From an archaeon (lineage in GTDB: Archaea; Asgardarchaeota; Thorarchaeia; Thorarchaeales; Thorarchaeaceae), in the NCBI GenBank assembly GCA_024275415.1, contig JAJRZD010000033.1, positions 50,551 to 82,550 on the forward strand: a stretch of DNA of 32,000 nucleotides, written 5' to 3'. A program made the translations under genes and the position numbers. Below the pieces are notes generated by a model. That model saw only the letters and a list, made by a program, of their open reading frames with translations. It made no database searches and was not told the origin of the DNA. This document shows, piece by piece, positions 8,839 to 18,000 of the stretch. The first letter of the stretch is position 1, and every line of letters starts with the position of its first letter.

Positions 8839-10473
8839 ATGTGCTTTGTAAGTGAGGACTACATTTGCTCAATATTTACCCAGCCATCCAGATCCAATTT
8901 CTTTGTAGATCTTAAGGGGAAGACAGATGTTCTGATACCTACCTTCCTTACCTTGAAAAAGATCGGAGTAAACAAGAATAGAAGTGTGGACTATAATGAG
9001 GATGCAGCACGTGAAGCCGTTTTCCTGCTTAATTGTCCATATTTAAGCACAGAACCCCATCCTGAGAATAAATACCTTATCAATCCATTCAGCCGCAGCT
9101 TTATCAAGACGACCGGAGCGAAAAAATATTGGAGATCTGAATCACTAGATAGATATGTAAAACTTGGCAGTCACGGTTTATGCAATAACTATGTTGGTGG
9201 AGGTACTATATGGGATCGGATTTTAGCGACATCTGAAAAGTCTCCAATTAGGTTTCGGGTTAATTACATCGACGAAATTAAGAAAGCGTGTGGGATATCT
9301 TATAATAATCGAATAGACATAACGAAATTAGCCGGTTGGTGCTTTAGAGAAGTCTCATTTGATAAAGGTCTTTCTAAAAATGAGTTAACTCAGTCTGCAA
9401 TAGAGCTGTTTCTTGGTACATTTAATATCACTAACGAAGAAATGAAAGCACTCTTCGAAATAACCGGAGATCTGATTCGATTCTCATCTAATCTACTAAA
9501 CATGTCGAATGTGAGAGCCAACTGCTTCAACTTTGACCCTCCTGGATCACTCATTAGCAATAAACTCATAGACATCGATGCGATGTCTATGGATAGGAGG
9601 CATTACTTTATGAGTTCAAATCCTAAACTTGAAAAAATCATAGAGATATTGAGAGAGAAAAAGCAACTAGTACTCTACGGACCTCCAGGTGTAGGCAAGA
9701 CTTGGATCGCTAAGCAAATTGCCAAATGCAAAGATTGGAAGAAGACGGAAATTGTGCAGTTTCATCCAAGTTATGGTTTTGAGCAGTTCATAGGAGGATA
9801 TTTTCCAGTAAGTGAGTCTGATCCAGAGGGAAAAGATGTCAGCATTGCCTATCGAGAAGGTATTCTTCTGCGGTTTATAGAACTGGCTGAGAAGGATCCA
9901 GCCTTGTTGATCATCGATGAGATAAATCGGGGCAACCTCTCAAAGATCCTTGGGGAGGCCATAATGGCTCTTGATCGTGGCTATGAGGTCAACATTGGCT
10001 CACATCCTAAAGAAAAAAAGCTAATTCTCCCAGATAATCTACATATCATTGGCACAATGAATTCGACAGATAGGAGTATTGCTTTCGTGGATTTTGCTCT
10101 TAGGAGAAGATTTGCTTTTGTAAGACTCGATCCAGATGCTGAAGTGATTCGTGAACACTATAAGAGAAACACAAGAATCGAGTCTGACGGCAAGAGCTTC
10201 GATCTAATCGATCTATTCGTTAAAATCAATGAGAGGATTGCCTGCCACGCTGCATTGGGAAGAGAATTTCAAATAGGCCATTCCTATTACATGCTTCAGA
10301 TGAGTGACTTGAGTTTGTTCTATGATTCGTTCTTATATTTCATCTTACCATTAGTGGAGGAATACTCGTACGGCAATCTATCAGTATTGACTGATATTCT
10401 TGGAGAACGTCTTCCTTATACTAAGAGTGAAGATGACTTTCTGGATGCCGTTATAGAGTATTTGGAATCATGA
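8839..10473 (+). CDS. mcrB: McrB-like AAA+ GTPase (restriction system motor subunit) with an unrecognised N-terminal domain
   Basis: Walker A LYGPPGVGKT, QFHPSYGFEQFIGG, Walker B LIIDEINRGN, the McrB signature GTMNSTDRS and DFALRRRF, plus QIGHSY. Start may be 8794 or 8839; a TTATAT box at 8807 favours 8839. Confidence 0.92.
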   Translation: MCFVSEDYICSIFTQPSRSNFFVDLKGKTDVLIPTFLTLKKIGVNKNRSVDYNEDAAREAVFLLNCPYLSTEPHPENKYLINPFSRSFIKTTGAKKYWRSESLDRYVKLGSHGLCNNYVGGGTIWDRILATSEKSPIRFRVNYIDEIKKACGISYNNRIDITKLAGWCFREVSFDKGLSKNELTQSAIELFLGTFNITNEEMKALFEITGDLIRFSSNLLNMSNVRANCFNFDPPGSLISNKLIDIDAMSMDRRHYFMSSNPKLEKIIEILREKKQLVLYGPPGVGKTWIAKQIAKCKDWKKTEIVQFHPSYGFEQFIGGYFPVSESDPEGKDVSIAYREGILLRFIELAEKDPALLIIDEINRGNLSKILGEAIMALDRGYEVNIGSHPKEKKLILPDNLHIIGTMNSTDRSIAFVDFALRRRFAFVRLDPDAEVIREHYKRNTRIESDGKSFDLIDLFVKINERIACHAALGREFQIGHSYYMLQMSDLSLFYDSFLYFILPLVEEYSYGNLSVLTDILGERLPYTKSEDDFLDAVIEYLES

Positions 10474-10486
10474 TTACCAAATCCAG

Positions 10487-11734
10487 TTGGTGGTGGTATT
10501 GTCGTTTCCAGAAATTTATTATGATAATCAGATAATCGAGCTTACCGAAACTGAAGTGACCGAGTTATTGAGTGTCACAGAGAAACTTGATATCGATATC
10601 ACTATTCAAAAGGTTGATGACCGCTATCTGTTCGTTCCTAGCGGTCTAGTTGGTACAGTGAGATTATCTACTCGAAGTGTGATTATTGCTCCACGCCATT
10701 CTGTATTTGACTTCGATGTTATACTTCGTATGTGGCTTTTTGTGAACTTTGGAAACCTTGACATGCCATTATCCCACTTAGACACAAAACCCGATAATCT
10801 TGCCAGCTATGTAATCTCACTATTCCTCAATGAGCTAAACCGTATTAGCTCACTACGTGCGAGGTATATCCAATACATAGAATCTCTACCGTATCTACGT
10901 GGGAACCTAAAGCTCCCAGAACATCTTATCCAGAGCATTGGTCAACCCTTTTCGCTTCTCTGTGTATATGATGACTTAACCCTCGATAATCCCATAAATC
11001 AGATGCTTGCATCTGCCATCCGAAAGGTGAAGCGATCTGGCTTTGGCTCGGACAGCTTCTTGCTGAATCGACTGTTGAATCGTTTCAAAATCATATCAAA
11101 TCTTTCTGGCTCTGACAATGATTCACGATTAGATTCGATAATAGCCCACGCACGCAGTTCGTCCATAGACAAGCATTACGAATTGGTTCTGACTCTCGCG
11201 AAAGTGATTCTCCTCGACCTAGGTAGCACTGTTGGTGTAGGAGGTAGTGTGATACAAGCATTTCTTGTGAACTATGATTCCCTTTTTCAAGATTTTGTCA
11301 CAAAAGTTCTAATGAATTTCACAAACATAAAACTAACACCTACACCAGAAATTATTTATGCAGATTGGCAAGATGATTTGGGGCATGACCATATTAAGAA
11401 GATTCAACCAGACATCACTCATGCCTTCAATCCAGTAACTCAAACCTGTTTAACTGTAATTGATGTGAAGAATAAGGTTCCAGTGGCGAGAAGTAATTAC
11501 TTCTCACCTGCTGATGTGTATGAGGTTAGTTTCTACTCTCTGATTCTGAAAGCTGAGAGAGTCATTCTAGTTTACCCCTTGAACTCCTTTCGAGAGAATT
11601 ATATTATGAGTATTGTGAGTGGGGCGAAGATCCTTCATCTTACTGCTGTATTTCTAAATCTTTCACATAATAACTCGGTAGATTTTTATCAAGAGATTAG
11701 AAGATTCTGTGACAGTGTTTCGCGCCTCTTATGA
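10487..11734 (+). CDS. mcrC: McrC-like PD-(D/E)XK nuclease subunit
   Basis: Directly follows mcrB. It has G.V....+...I.PR, Y....YLRG.L, YDDLTLDNPINQML, NYDSLFQDFV and the catalytic IQPDI...VIDVKNK, followed by ADVYEV.FY. Confidence 0.85.
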   Translation: MVVVLSFPEIYYDNQIIELTETEVTELLSVTEKLDIDITIQKVDDRYLFVPSGLVGTVRLSTRSVIIAPRHSVFDFDVILRMWLFVNFGNLDMPLSHLDTKPDNLASYVISLFLNELNRISSLRARYIQYIESLPYLRGNLKLPEHLIQSIGQPFSLLCVYDDLTLDNPINQMLASAIRKVKRSGFGSDSFLLNRLLNRFKIISNLSGSDNDSRLDSIIAHARSSSIDKHYELVLTLAKVILLDLGSTVGVGGSVIQAFLVNYDSLFQDFVTKVLMNFTNIKLTPTPEIIYADWQDDLGHDHIKKIQPDITHAFNPVTQTCLTVIDVKNKVPVARSNYFSPADVYEVSFYSLILKAERVILVYPLNSFRENYIMSIVSGAKILHLTAVFLNLSHNNSVDFYQEIRRFCDSVSRLL

Positions 11735-11755
11735 AAGATGATATGTTTCAGAAAA

Positions 11756-11932
11756 CTACTCCTCTATTTTATAATAAACTCTACTAATAGTTTCCTCTAG
11801 AGACTTGACCCTCAAATGAAGTGCGCGGATTTCTTCTAGTATGTAGCCTAGCTTCTCATCCGTAGTCATCTTCCCGTTTCTAGTAATGGGAAAGCCATCA
11901 TTATCCGTCTTCACTTTTTTCCAATCAGGCAT
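11756..11932 (-). CDS. Small hypothetical protein (58 aa) with a C-terminal coiled coil; below the ORF-track cutoff
   Basis: Manual translation MPDWKKVKTDNDGFPITRNGKMTTDEKLGYILEEIRALHLRVKSLEETISRVYYKIEE*. It starts 16 nt after the MTase stop with a GAGGA upstream and fills the gap between mcrC and the MTase. Confidence 0.55.
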   Translation of the reverse strand: MPDWKKVKTDNDGFPITRNGKMTTDEKLGYILEEIRALHLRVKSLEETISRVYYKIEE

Positions 11933-11948
11933 GTCTTTATCATCCTCG

Positions 11949-13361
11949 TCACTTTTCGAAGAATAGAATACTTTCTCGTAATATGAAGGATCTTCTTACG
12001 CCAGACCTTCTCACGCGGTCTATCTCTAATCTTTTCAACCTGTATCCAATAACATCAGCAATCATCATCGTAAGAAGATCAGTAGGAATGTAGACATCTA
12101 GGATGAGTGAATCTCCTACAACCCATGCCACCTTTGCACCACTTTTCATGGAATCATACATCCTTCGCAGAACGTAATAGATATCTTCAAAGTACTTCCT
12201 TAGAAGGATAGGATAGTCTCTTCTTCTAATACCTAGACGTTCTCTCATTCTTGGTTCAACAGCAGCTGTCACATAGTCAAGCCAATCAATAGACAAGAGC
12301 GGGGGGTTCTGAGCATATTCCTTTATCATCTTTCGTGATACATTGTCACAGAGAACCATCCGATCCCTAAGCTCTTGCATGTCCTTGGTTGATTTAGCGT
12401 CACCCATCCATCCGATCTCTAGCTTGTAGTTTCCGACATAATCGAACGAGTTTAAATACGGTGGCGAGGTAATCACTGCATCAACTTTGATATCCTCTGG
12501 AAGTGAGAACACCTTGGAATCCTCACAGAAATTATTAGAAGACCCAGGTTTCTTGACGCTTTTCCTAACAATACGTAGATCTCTTACTATCATCTCGATT
12601 TTCTTTTTGAAGATCTCTACGGGTAGTTCAGGATAGATATTCTTAGTCTGTTTCTTATCGTACCCTATCGATGGTGATCTTCTCAAATTGCTTGAGGGCA
12701 GAAGGATTGTTATAAAAGCTAGATCAAAATACGATTTAATTGACGTATCTTCTATCAGTTCGATTTGTTCTTTTATCTTTAGAATTCGCTTCAATATTTC
12801 TGGTTTGAACTGCCGATCCACTTTCATGAAGGACGGTGCCCTAGTTGACGGTTCCCCTGAGAAGTCCATCTTGTTGTACTCGTCTAGAATCAGCTTTGGG
12901 TCTGTCTTCCAGCATGTTTTCGTTTCTAAAATCCTATATATTGTAGGATTAATTTCGATTCCAATAGAATCTATACTCTTCATCATTGCACAAACATTGA
13001 CGGTTCCCGAACCAGCAAAAGGGTCAAGAATAACGTGTCCCTCGCTTAGTTCAAACTGGTTTATAATCTCATAGACAAAATCGTCAGAGAAGCCCTCTAA
13101 ATAGCTAGTCCATCGATGAATGGGTTTTTTTTTGTTGTTTACAAAATTCAAGCCTCGGTTTAGTAAGCTATGCTCGATGACAACCCCAGGATATCGTTTT
13201 TTGAACTCAAAGAGATATGTATCAGGTGTCTTGAAATGATAACCCATTGATTTCCATAAGTCAAAGTTCTTTCTGTAGAATGATCTTACTTCTGTTATCA
13301 TATTAGCCTCTCTTGGGTTTTCGATATCAAGATAGTCCTCGAGAGTATTCAATGGTTTCAC
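11949..13361 (-). CDS. Amino-DNA methyltransferase, alpha-class motif order, probably N4-cytosine
   Basis: NKKKPIHRWTSYLEGFS, motif I ILDPFAGSGT preceding motif IV VITSPPY (SPPY is typical of m4C enzymes), and C-terminal WVVGDS. Confidence 0.9.
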   Translation of the reverse strand: MKPLNTLEDYLDIENPREANMITEVRSFYRKNFDLWKSMGYHFKTPDTYLFEFKKRYPGVVIEHSLLNRGLNFVNNKKKPIHRWTSYLEGFSDDFVYEIINQFELSEGHVILDPFAGSGTVNVCAMMKSIDSIGIEINPTIYRILETKTCWKTDPKLILDEYNKMDFSGEPSTRAPSFMKVDRQFKPEILKRILKIKEQIELIEDTSIKSYFDLAFITILLPSSNLRRSPSIGYDKKQTKNIYPELPVEIFKKKIEMIVRDLRIVRKSVKKPGSSNNFCEDSKVFSLPEDIKVDAVITSPPYLNSFDYVGNYKLEIGWMGDAKSTKDMQELRDRMVLCDNVSRKMIKEYAQNPPLLSIDWLDYVTAAVEPRMRERLGIRRRDYPILLRKYFEDIYYVLRRMYDSMKSGAKVAWVVGDSLILDVYIPTDLLTMMIADVIGYRLKRLEIDRVRRSGVRRSFILRESILFFEK

Positions 13362-13510
13362 CTTATAATACGATTTGATTGTAATTCCCTAATGATTCTT
13401 AAGTTCTTGGTAATTTAAACACGTAGGATATTATTACGCCTTAAGACCTCTCGAAGATAACAATTGCAGCAACAACGAATATCATGAAATACAAATAACA
13501 CAGTGATATT

Positions 13511-13911
13511 ATGAGTGCCACCCGAAAAATGATAGAAGTGATACTACCTCGTCATAGACGCTTATCTCGCAAGTTTGCAAAATGGTTGGCTAACAAAGGC
13601 TGTGATGGAATTAAGGTTGAGAGGGATCAGATTGATGTGAGCTTTCGAAATAAAGGTGTTACGTACATGGTAGAAATCAAGATCATCTACAAAGTTTCCA
13701 CGAAACATGCAATAAGAGAAGCAATTGGGCAAGTCCTTGAATACAATTATTATGAGAAACGAAAACCTGCTGACAATTGGATTATTTTGATAGATTCTGA
13801 ACCAACAGATGACAATATTCGATATCTGAAAAGGTCAAGAAAATGCACAGTTTGCCACTTAACTTATGTTGGCCAAAGGGTAGTGATTTCATTTTCATGC
13901 AGAAATTCTGA
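13511..13911 (+). pseudogene. PD-(D/E)XK endonuclease-like gene with a one-base frameshift at about 13829-13832
   Basis: PRHRRLSRKFAKWL, ERDQIDVSF...YMVEIK and IREAIGQVLEY are nuclease motifs. Shifting -1 at the AAAA run gives a protein-like tail KVKKMHSLPLNLCWPKGSDFIFMQKF* (stop 13909-13911), whereas the track's tail runs into the next gene. Confidence 0.65.
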
Positions 13912-14039
13912 CAGGGAGCGTATACTAAGGTGGTTAATGATCATTGAATTTATTCTCCCATCTCCTAAATCTTGCATGATTTTTTCATACAGTATTGGTT
14001 TTCTTTCATTTAGATGCATGACAATATTATACATAACAC

Positions 14040-15056
14040 ATGAAACTCTTAACAACTAATCAATGGGACTTGCCCGGATTCGGAGCAGGTACGAAACATC
14101 GTAGAATCGAAGGATATCTTCATGAGATGCGTATCTTCGTCAATAGTGTCTGTAACCACAGATGCAGGTTCCCAGAGGGGCAGACTTGGTGCCACTCACG
14201 AGATGGGATGGTAGGTTTGGGAAGAGACATGGATTCGGAGAGTTGGCTATACCTTCTGGAAGGACTGGATCGATGGAACATGCATTCATTGAAGATTGCA
14301 GGAATGGAACCAACGTTACACCCAGATCTACCAAGTCTGATATCTGCAACTCAGTCTTTCAATATGAAAGATATTAGTATGACCACAAACGGGTTCCGGT
14401 TGGTACCCATACTACCTAATCTTGTCGAAGCTGGATTGAACCGACTAACTGTATCACTACATACTTTGAATCCATCTATCTTCAAGACCATAACTGGCGG
14501 AAGCGTCTTTCCAGTCCGTGAAGCTCTAGATTTGTGCGCAGATTTTGGAATACCGACAAAGTTGAATGTAGTTCTTCTTCGTGGAGTTAATGATGACATT
14601 CGAAACCTTCTAGAATATGCATCAAGCCGCCAGTTTGAGATCAAATTATATACTCTTCTCTGGCAACCTCATTTCGAATCAGACTACAACCGATACTTCG
14701 TTTCATGGGATGAGGTGATTCAACCTCTATCTAATGATTGGAGAGGAATTGAACTGGTCGAATTCGTGAATTCTCAGCGGTATCGCTACACACTTGAAAC
14801 TGAGAATGGCATAAAGGTCACAACAAGTTGGTTTCAACACAAGACCAACAGCATATATAACATCTGCAGGAACTGCCCACTGAACTCTAGGTGTGAGGAG
14901 GGATTCATGGGTTACGGGTTTGAAACAGACTCAAATTTCTTAGTGAATCCGTGCTATCTTCGACCAGAACTACGGTTTGACCTGAAACCTTTCTTGGAAC
15001 GGAAGTATTGTAGTGTAGAGAAACGACTTGATCGGATTGCAAATGATGGAGGGTGA
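14040..15056 (+). CDS. MoaA-related radical SAM enzyme with an atypical CX3CX8C motif and a four-Cys C-terminal cluster motif
   Basis: MRIFVNSVCNHRCRFPEGQTWCH, KIAGMEP, ISMTTNG, AGLNRLTVSLHTL.P..F..ITG, KLNVVLLRGVND and C-terminal CRNCPLNSRCEEG...NPC all align with the MoaA scaffold. No other moa/moe genes are nearby. Confidence 0.85.
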   Translation: MKLLTTNQWDLPGFGAGTKHRRIEGYLHEMRIFVNSVCNHRCRFPEGQTWCHSRDGMVGLGRDMDSESWLYLLEGLDRWNMHSLKIAGMEPTLHPDLPSLISATQSFNMKDISMTTNGFRLVPILPNLVEAGLNRLTVSLHTLNPSIFKTITGGSVFPVREALDLCADFGIPTKLNVVLLRGVNDDIRNLLEYASSRQFEIKLYTLLWQPHFESDYNRYFVSWDEVIQPLSNDWRGIELVEFVNSQRYRYTLETENGIKVTTSWFQHKTNSIYNICRNCPLNSRCEEGFMGYGFETDSNFLVNPCYLRPELRFDLKPFLERKYCSVEKRLDRIANDGG

Positions 15057-15059
15057 AAG

Positions 15060-18000
15060 GTGAAACGCAAGAAAAGGAAGGAGTTCGACAAAGAAGATAT
15101 TCTCCAACTGCTCCGAGACCTCAATATTGATAGAGTAATAGAAGATGCTCATCTGCTTTTGGATTTGAATCGTGATGGGAAGTGGTCCATTCGACTTCTT
15201 TTGCTCTCCTACCTTCTGAAAGAGAATGAACTACAGACAATACGTGAGTTTGTGGATTTCGGATTCTCAAAGATTGCAGATGACTCGTTGTTTCAAAGGT
15301 TCAATTTCAAGAAAATTAGAAGTACTCTAGCCATGCCCGAGAAATGGTTTACAGATGAAGGTGGTAGTGAATACATTCCTGGTTCTGGCAATGCAAGAAG
15401 TATCCTGAGCAAAAGAACAGATCTGTTTACAAAGATTGGCTCAAGGTACGTACTAAATGAGAAAAATGGTAGCAGGGATCTTGCACTCGTTCTCTTCATA
15501 TTCCTGTTGAAAGCGCGCGGAATCGATTTAGAAAAGATTCCTGATGCAGATGAAGTGGAGAGTGGGTCAGTTTCAGAAGGAACATATCGGCAACTATTCT
15601 TGATTGATTCCACCGGCAAGCCAACGTCGCTTTCTCACAAAGTTCAAGACATTGTAGAAGACTGTCCAGTACTAATCCAAGCGGAGGAATTTGATAAAGA
15701 TACGAAGAACATTCTTCCACACATTCAGAGAACAATACTCGACTTGCTTCAGCGACATCACAGTGCATTCACAAACCCCCCGCATAAGAGGAAATTAGCA
15801 ATAATCTGTAAACCGATCTACAGCTTACCTGCTAGAAGCAAGAATGAGGAGTTCACTATCAACAGCTTGCTGACTCCTTCAACAAGCGAGAAGGAGCATT
15901 CCATGAATGGTGTGGATGGAGAAAGCATTGAAGATTCAGATACTAATCCGGTTCTGCTTACAGGTAGTGCGGGAAGTGGAAAGTCATTCTGGATGATCAA
16001 ACTAGCTTTGGACTTGTGGAATCATTCATTTAAGTCAGGCAGCCCTAACAGGAGTGACAGGGTTATCCCACTCTTCATAGGACTTGGATCTGTTTTTCTT
16101 GACAAGACTAAACACGGTGAATCTCTGGTATATGGCGAAGAAAAAGCTACACTATGGCACATAGATGAACCACCTGACGAGATTCCTCGTAGATCTTTGA
16201 TAGACCGGTTTCTAGGAGCAATGCTCAAGAAATCACCTCAATATATCCGGAAAATTCTCGACCGAGTAGATTGGCACGAGGTCAAGTTCGTATTTCTCTT
16301 AGATGGGTGGGATGAACTTGGTCGTCGAGAGAGGAAAGAGATGATACGGCTCATCAAGTCAAGTCCGATAAACCAACTACCTTGCATCATTAGTTCCAGA
16401 AACAAGGACAGCGATTTTGATAGTATAGAAATTGAGCATATCCGATTAGAGAAACCCACCATTGACAATTGTAAGGACTATCTGCGTTCTCGTGGAATGG
16501 AAGAAGAAGTTCTCGACAAGGTCAAAGAATGGTTCCCCGATCCCTCTCCTCTTGACTTGGAGATTTTAGGTCGAGTACCAAAGATGGAGGAGATCTCCAG
16601 TGGTCGCGTTCCCGTTTATAGAACGTGGATTGAACTGCAAATCTTGTCCTCTATCCGGAGCGATATTCTACAAGATTTACGGTCACGTTCTCAGATTGAC
16701 ACATTTATAGAAGGCGAGTTTTTCCGTGACAAATCGTTGAAGGACTGGATTCGAAGCCGAAACAATTCTCATTCGGTCTGGAGATGCCTGCCATATATTG
16801 CATATCTGCAGAAAGATGGACTAAATACATCTCTTAGTTATGATCAAGTCGTTCAAGATAATCCTCTATTGAAGGAGTTCCTAGAGAAGCGTTATGGCTC
16901 TGGAGATTCACCTCATCCTGAAATTTCAAGGAATAACTTGGTTCCGTATTTGTCCGCTGAGTATGTTTTCAGATCATATCTATCGGGAAAATACCCTCCT
17001 ATTAGAGGGGATTTACAAACCTTCAGATTCCTAGTTGAGATATTGTCATATGATTTAGAGCGGCGACATGATAGAGAATTAATTCCGAGAAGTGCCGAGT
17101 TGACGCCACTACAAACTGCTGCAATGATATGTCTTCAGGGAGAATCTGAAGCCTATACTAATGGAGCAAGAATTCGCCCATTTATCGCTGAGGGAAAGTC
17201 AGGGTCAACTCCTTTCTATACTGCGTTGTTTGATGGTTTTGTTAAGTATTGGAGCCAAACATCAACTTGCTGTGTACGAAGGAATATTCTTGATGCATTC
17301 ACGAAGTTAATTCGCACGTTTATAGTTGAAGAGAAAGAAGGAAACCCCGCACAGTTCATTGTCCCGTTATTAGAGATCGAACAGGCATTTGATTCTAATA
17401 CCTTCTCCAAGTTGATAACAGAAGAACCTGATACGTCTGTAGACCTAGAAATTTGTGATTCGTCAGGATACACACTCTATTATCTCGATTATGAGAAAGT
17501 CCAGGATTGGCTCTTACAGCTTTCCGTTAAGAAGCCTTGGTTGACTCCTTGGACTGTGAGAGTAGTAAAGCAAGAGAACCGATTGAAAATTCGGGATATA
17601 ATTGATGAAGCCCCTGATGAGTGGATGATTTACGAAGTTCTGAACTACGTTACGTCCGGATTCACATCAATTGACTCTGAATGGTTTGAGAGCATCCATA
17701 GAAATGCACTACGCCTTGAATCCGACTTGTTATGGAATTCCATTGCAATTGGCCTTCAAATGTCGCGCGGAGAGATAGACGACTACAGATTCTCGAAAAT
17801 ACTTGAAGTTCTGGGCTCTCCATGCGTTGAGGAAAGATGGAAGTTTGGATTGATAGTCAATTTGGGGAAAGTCAGACTGCCTGAACGATACACAAGAGAG
17901 GTATGGCGATCTACTGAGCAAGGGAAAATCGGTTTAAAATATGGCATAGCACTTTGCCTATCCCAGGAGCTACCAGATATAGCCATAGATGATATCCTTG

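Noticed and set aside
13912-14059. C-terminal tail of the 182-aa track ORF 13511..14059
   Set aside because: It is out of frame after the 13829-13832 slip, reads as non-protein and overlaps the radical SAM start.
14040-15056. Calling the radical SAM gene moaA or viperin
   Set aside because: The cluster motifs differ from MoaA (CX3CX8C, four C-terminal Cys, no RxR) and there are no moa neighbours. It also lacks the viperin N-terminal NYH...CNY.C.FCFH signature.
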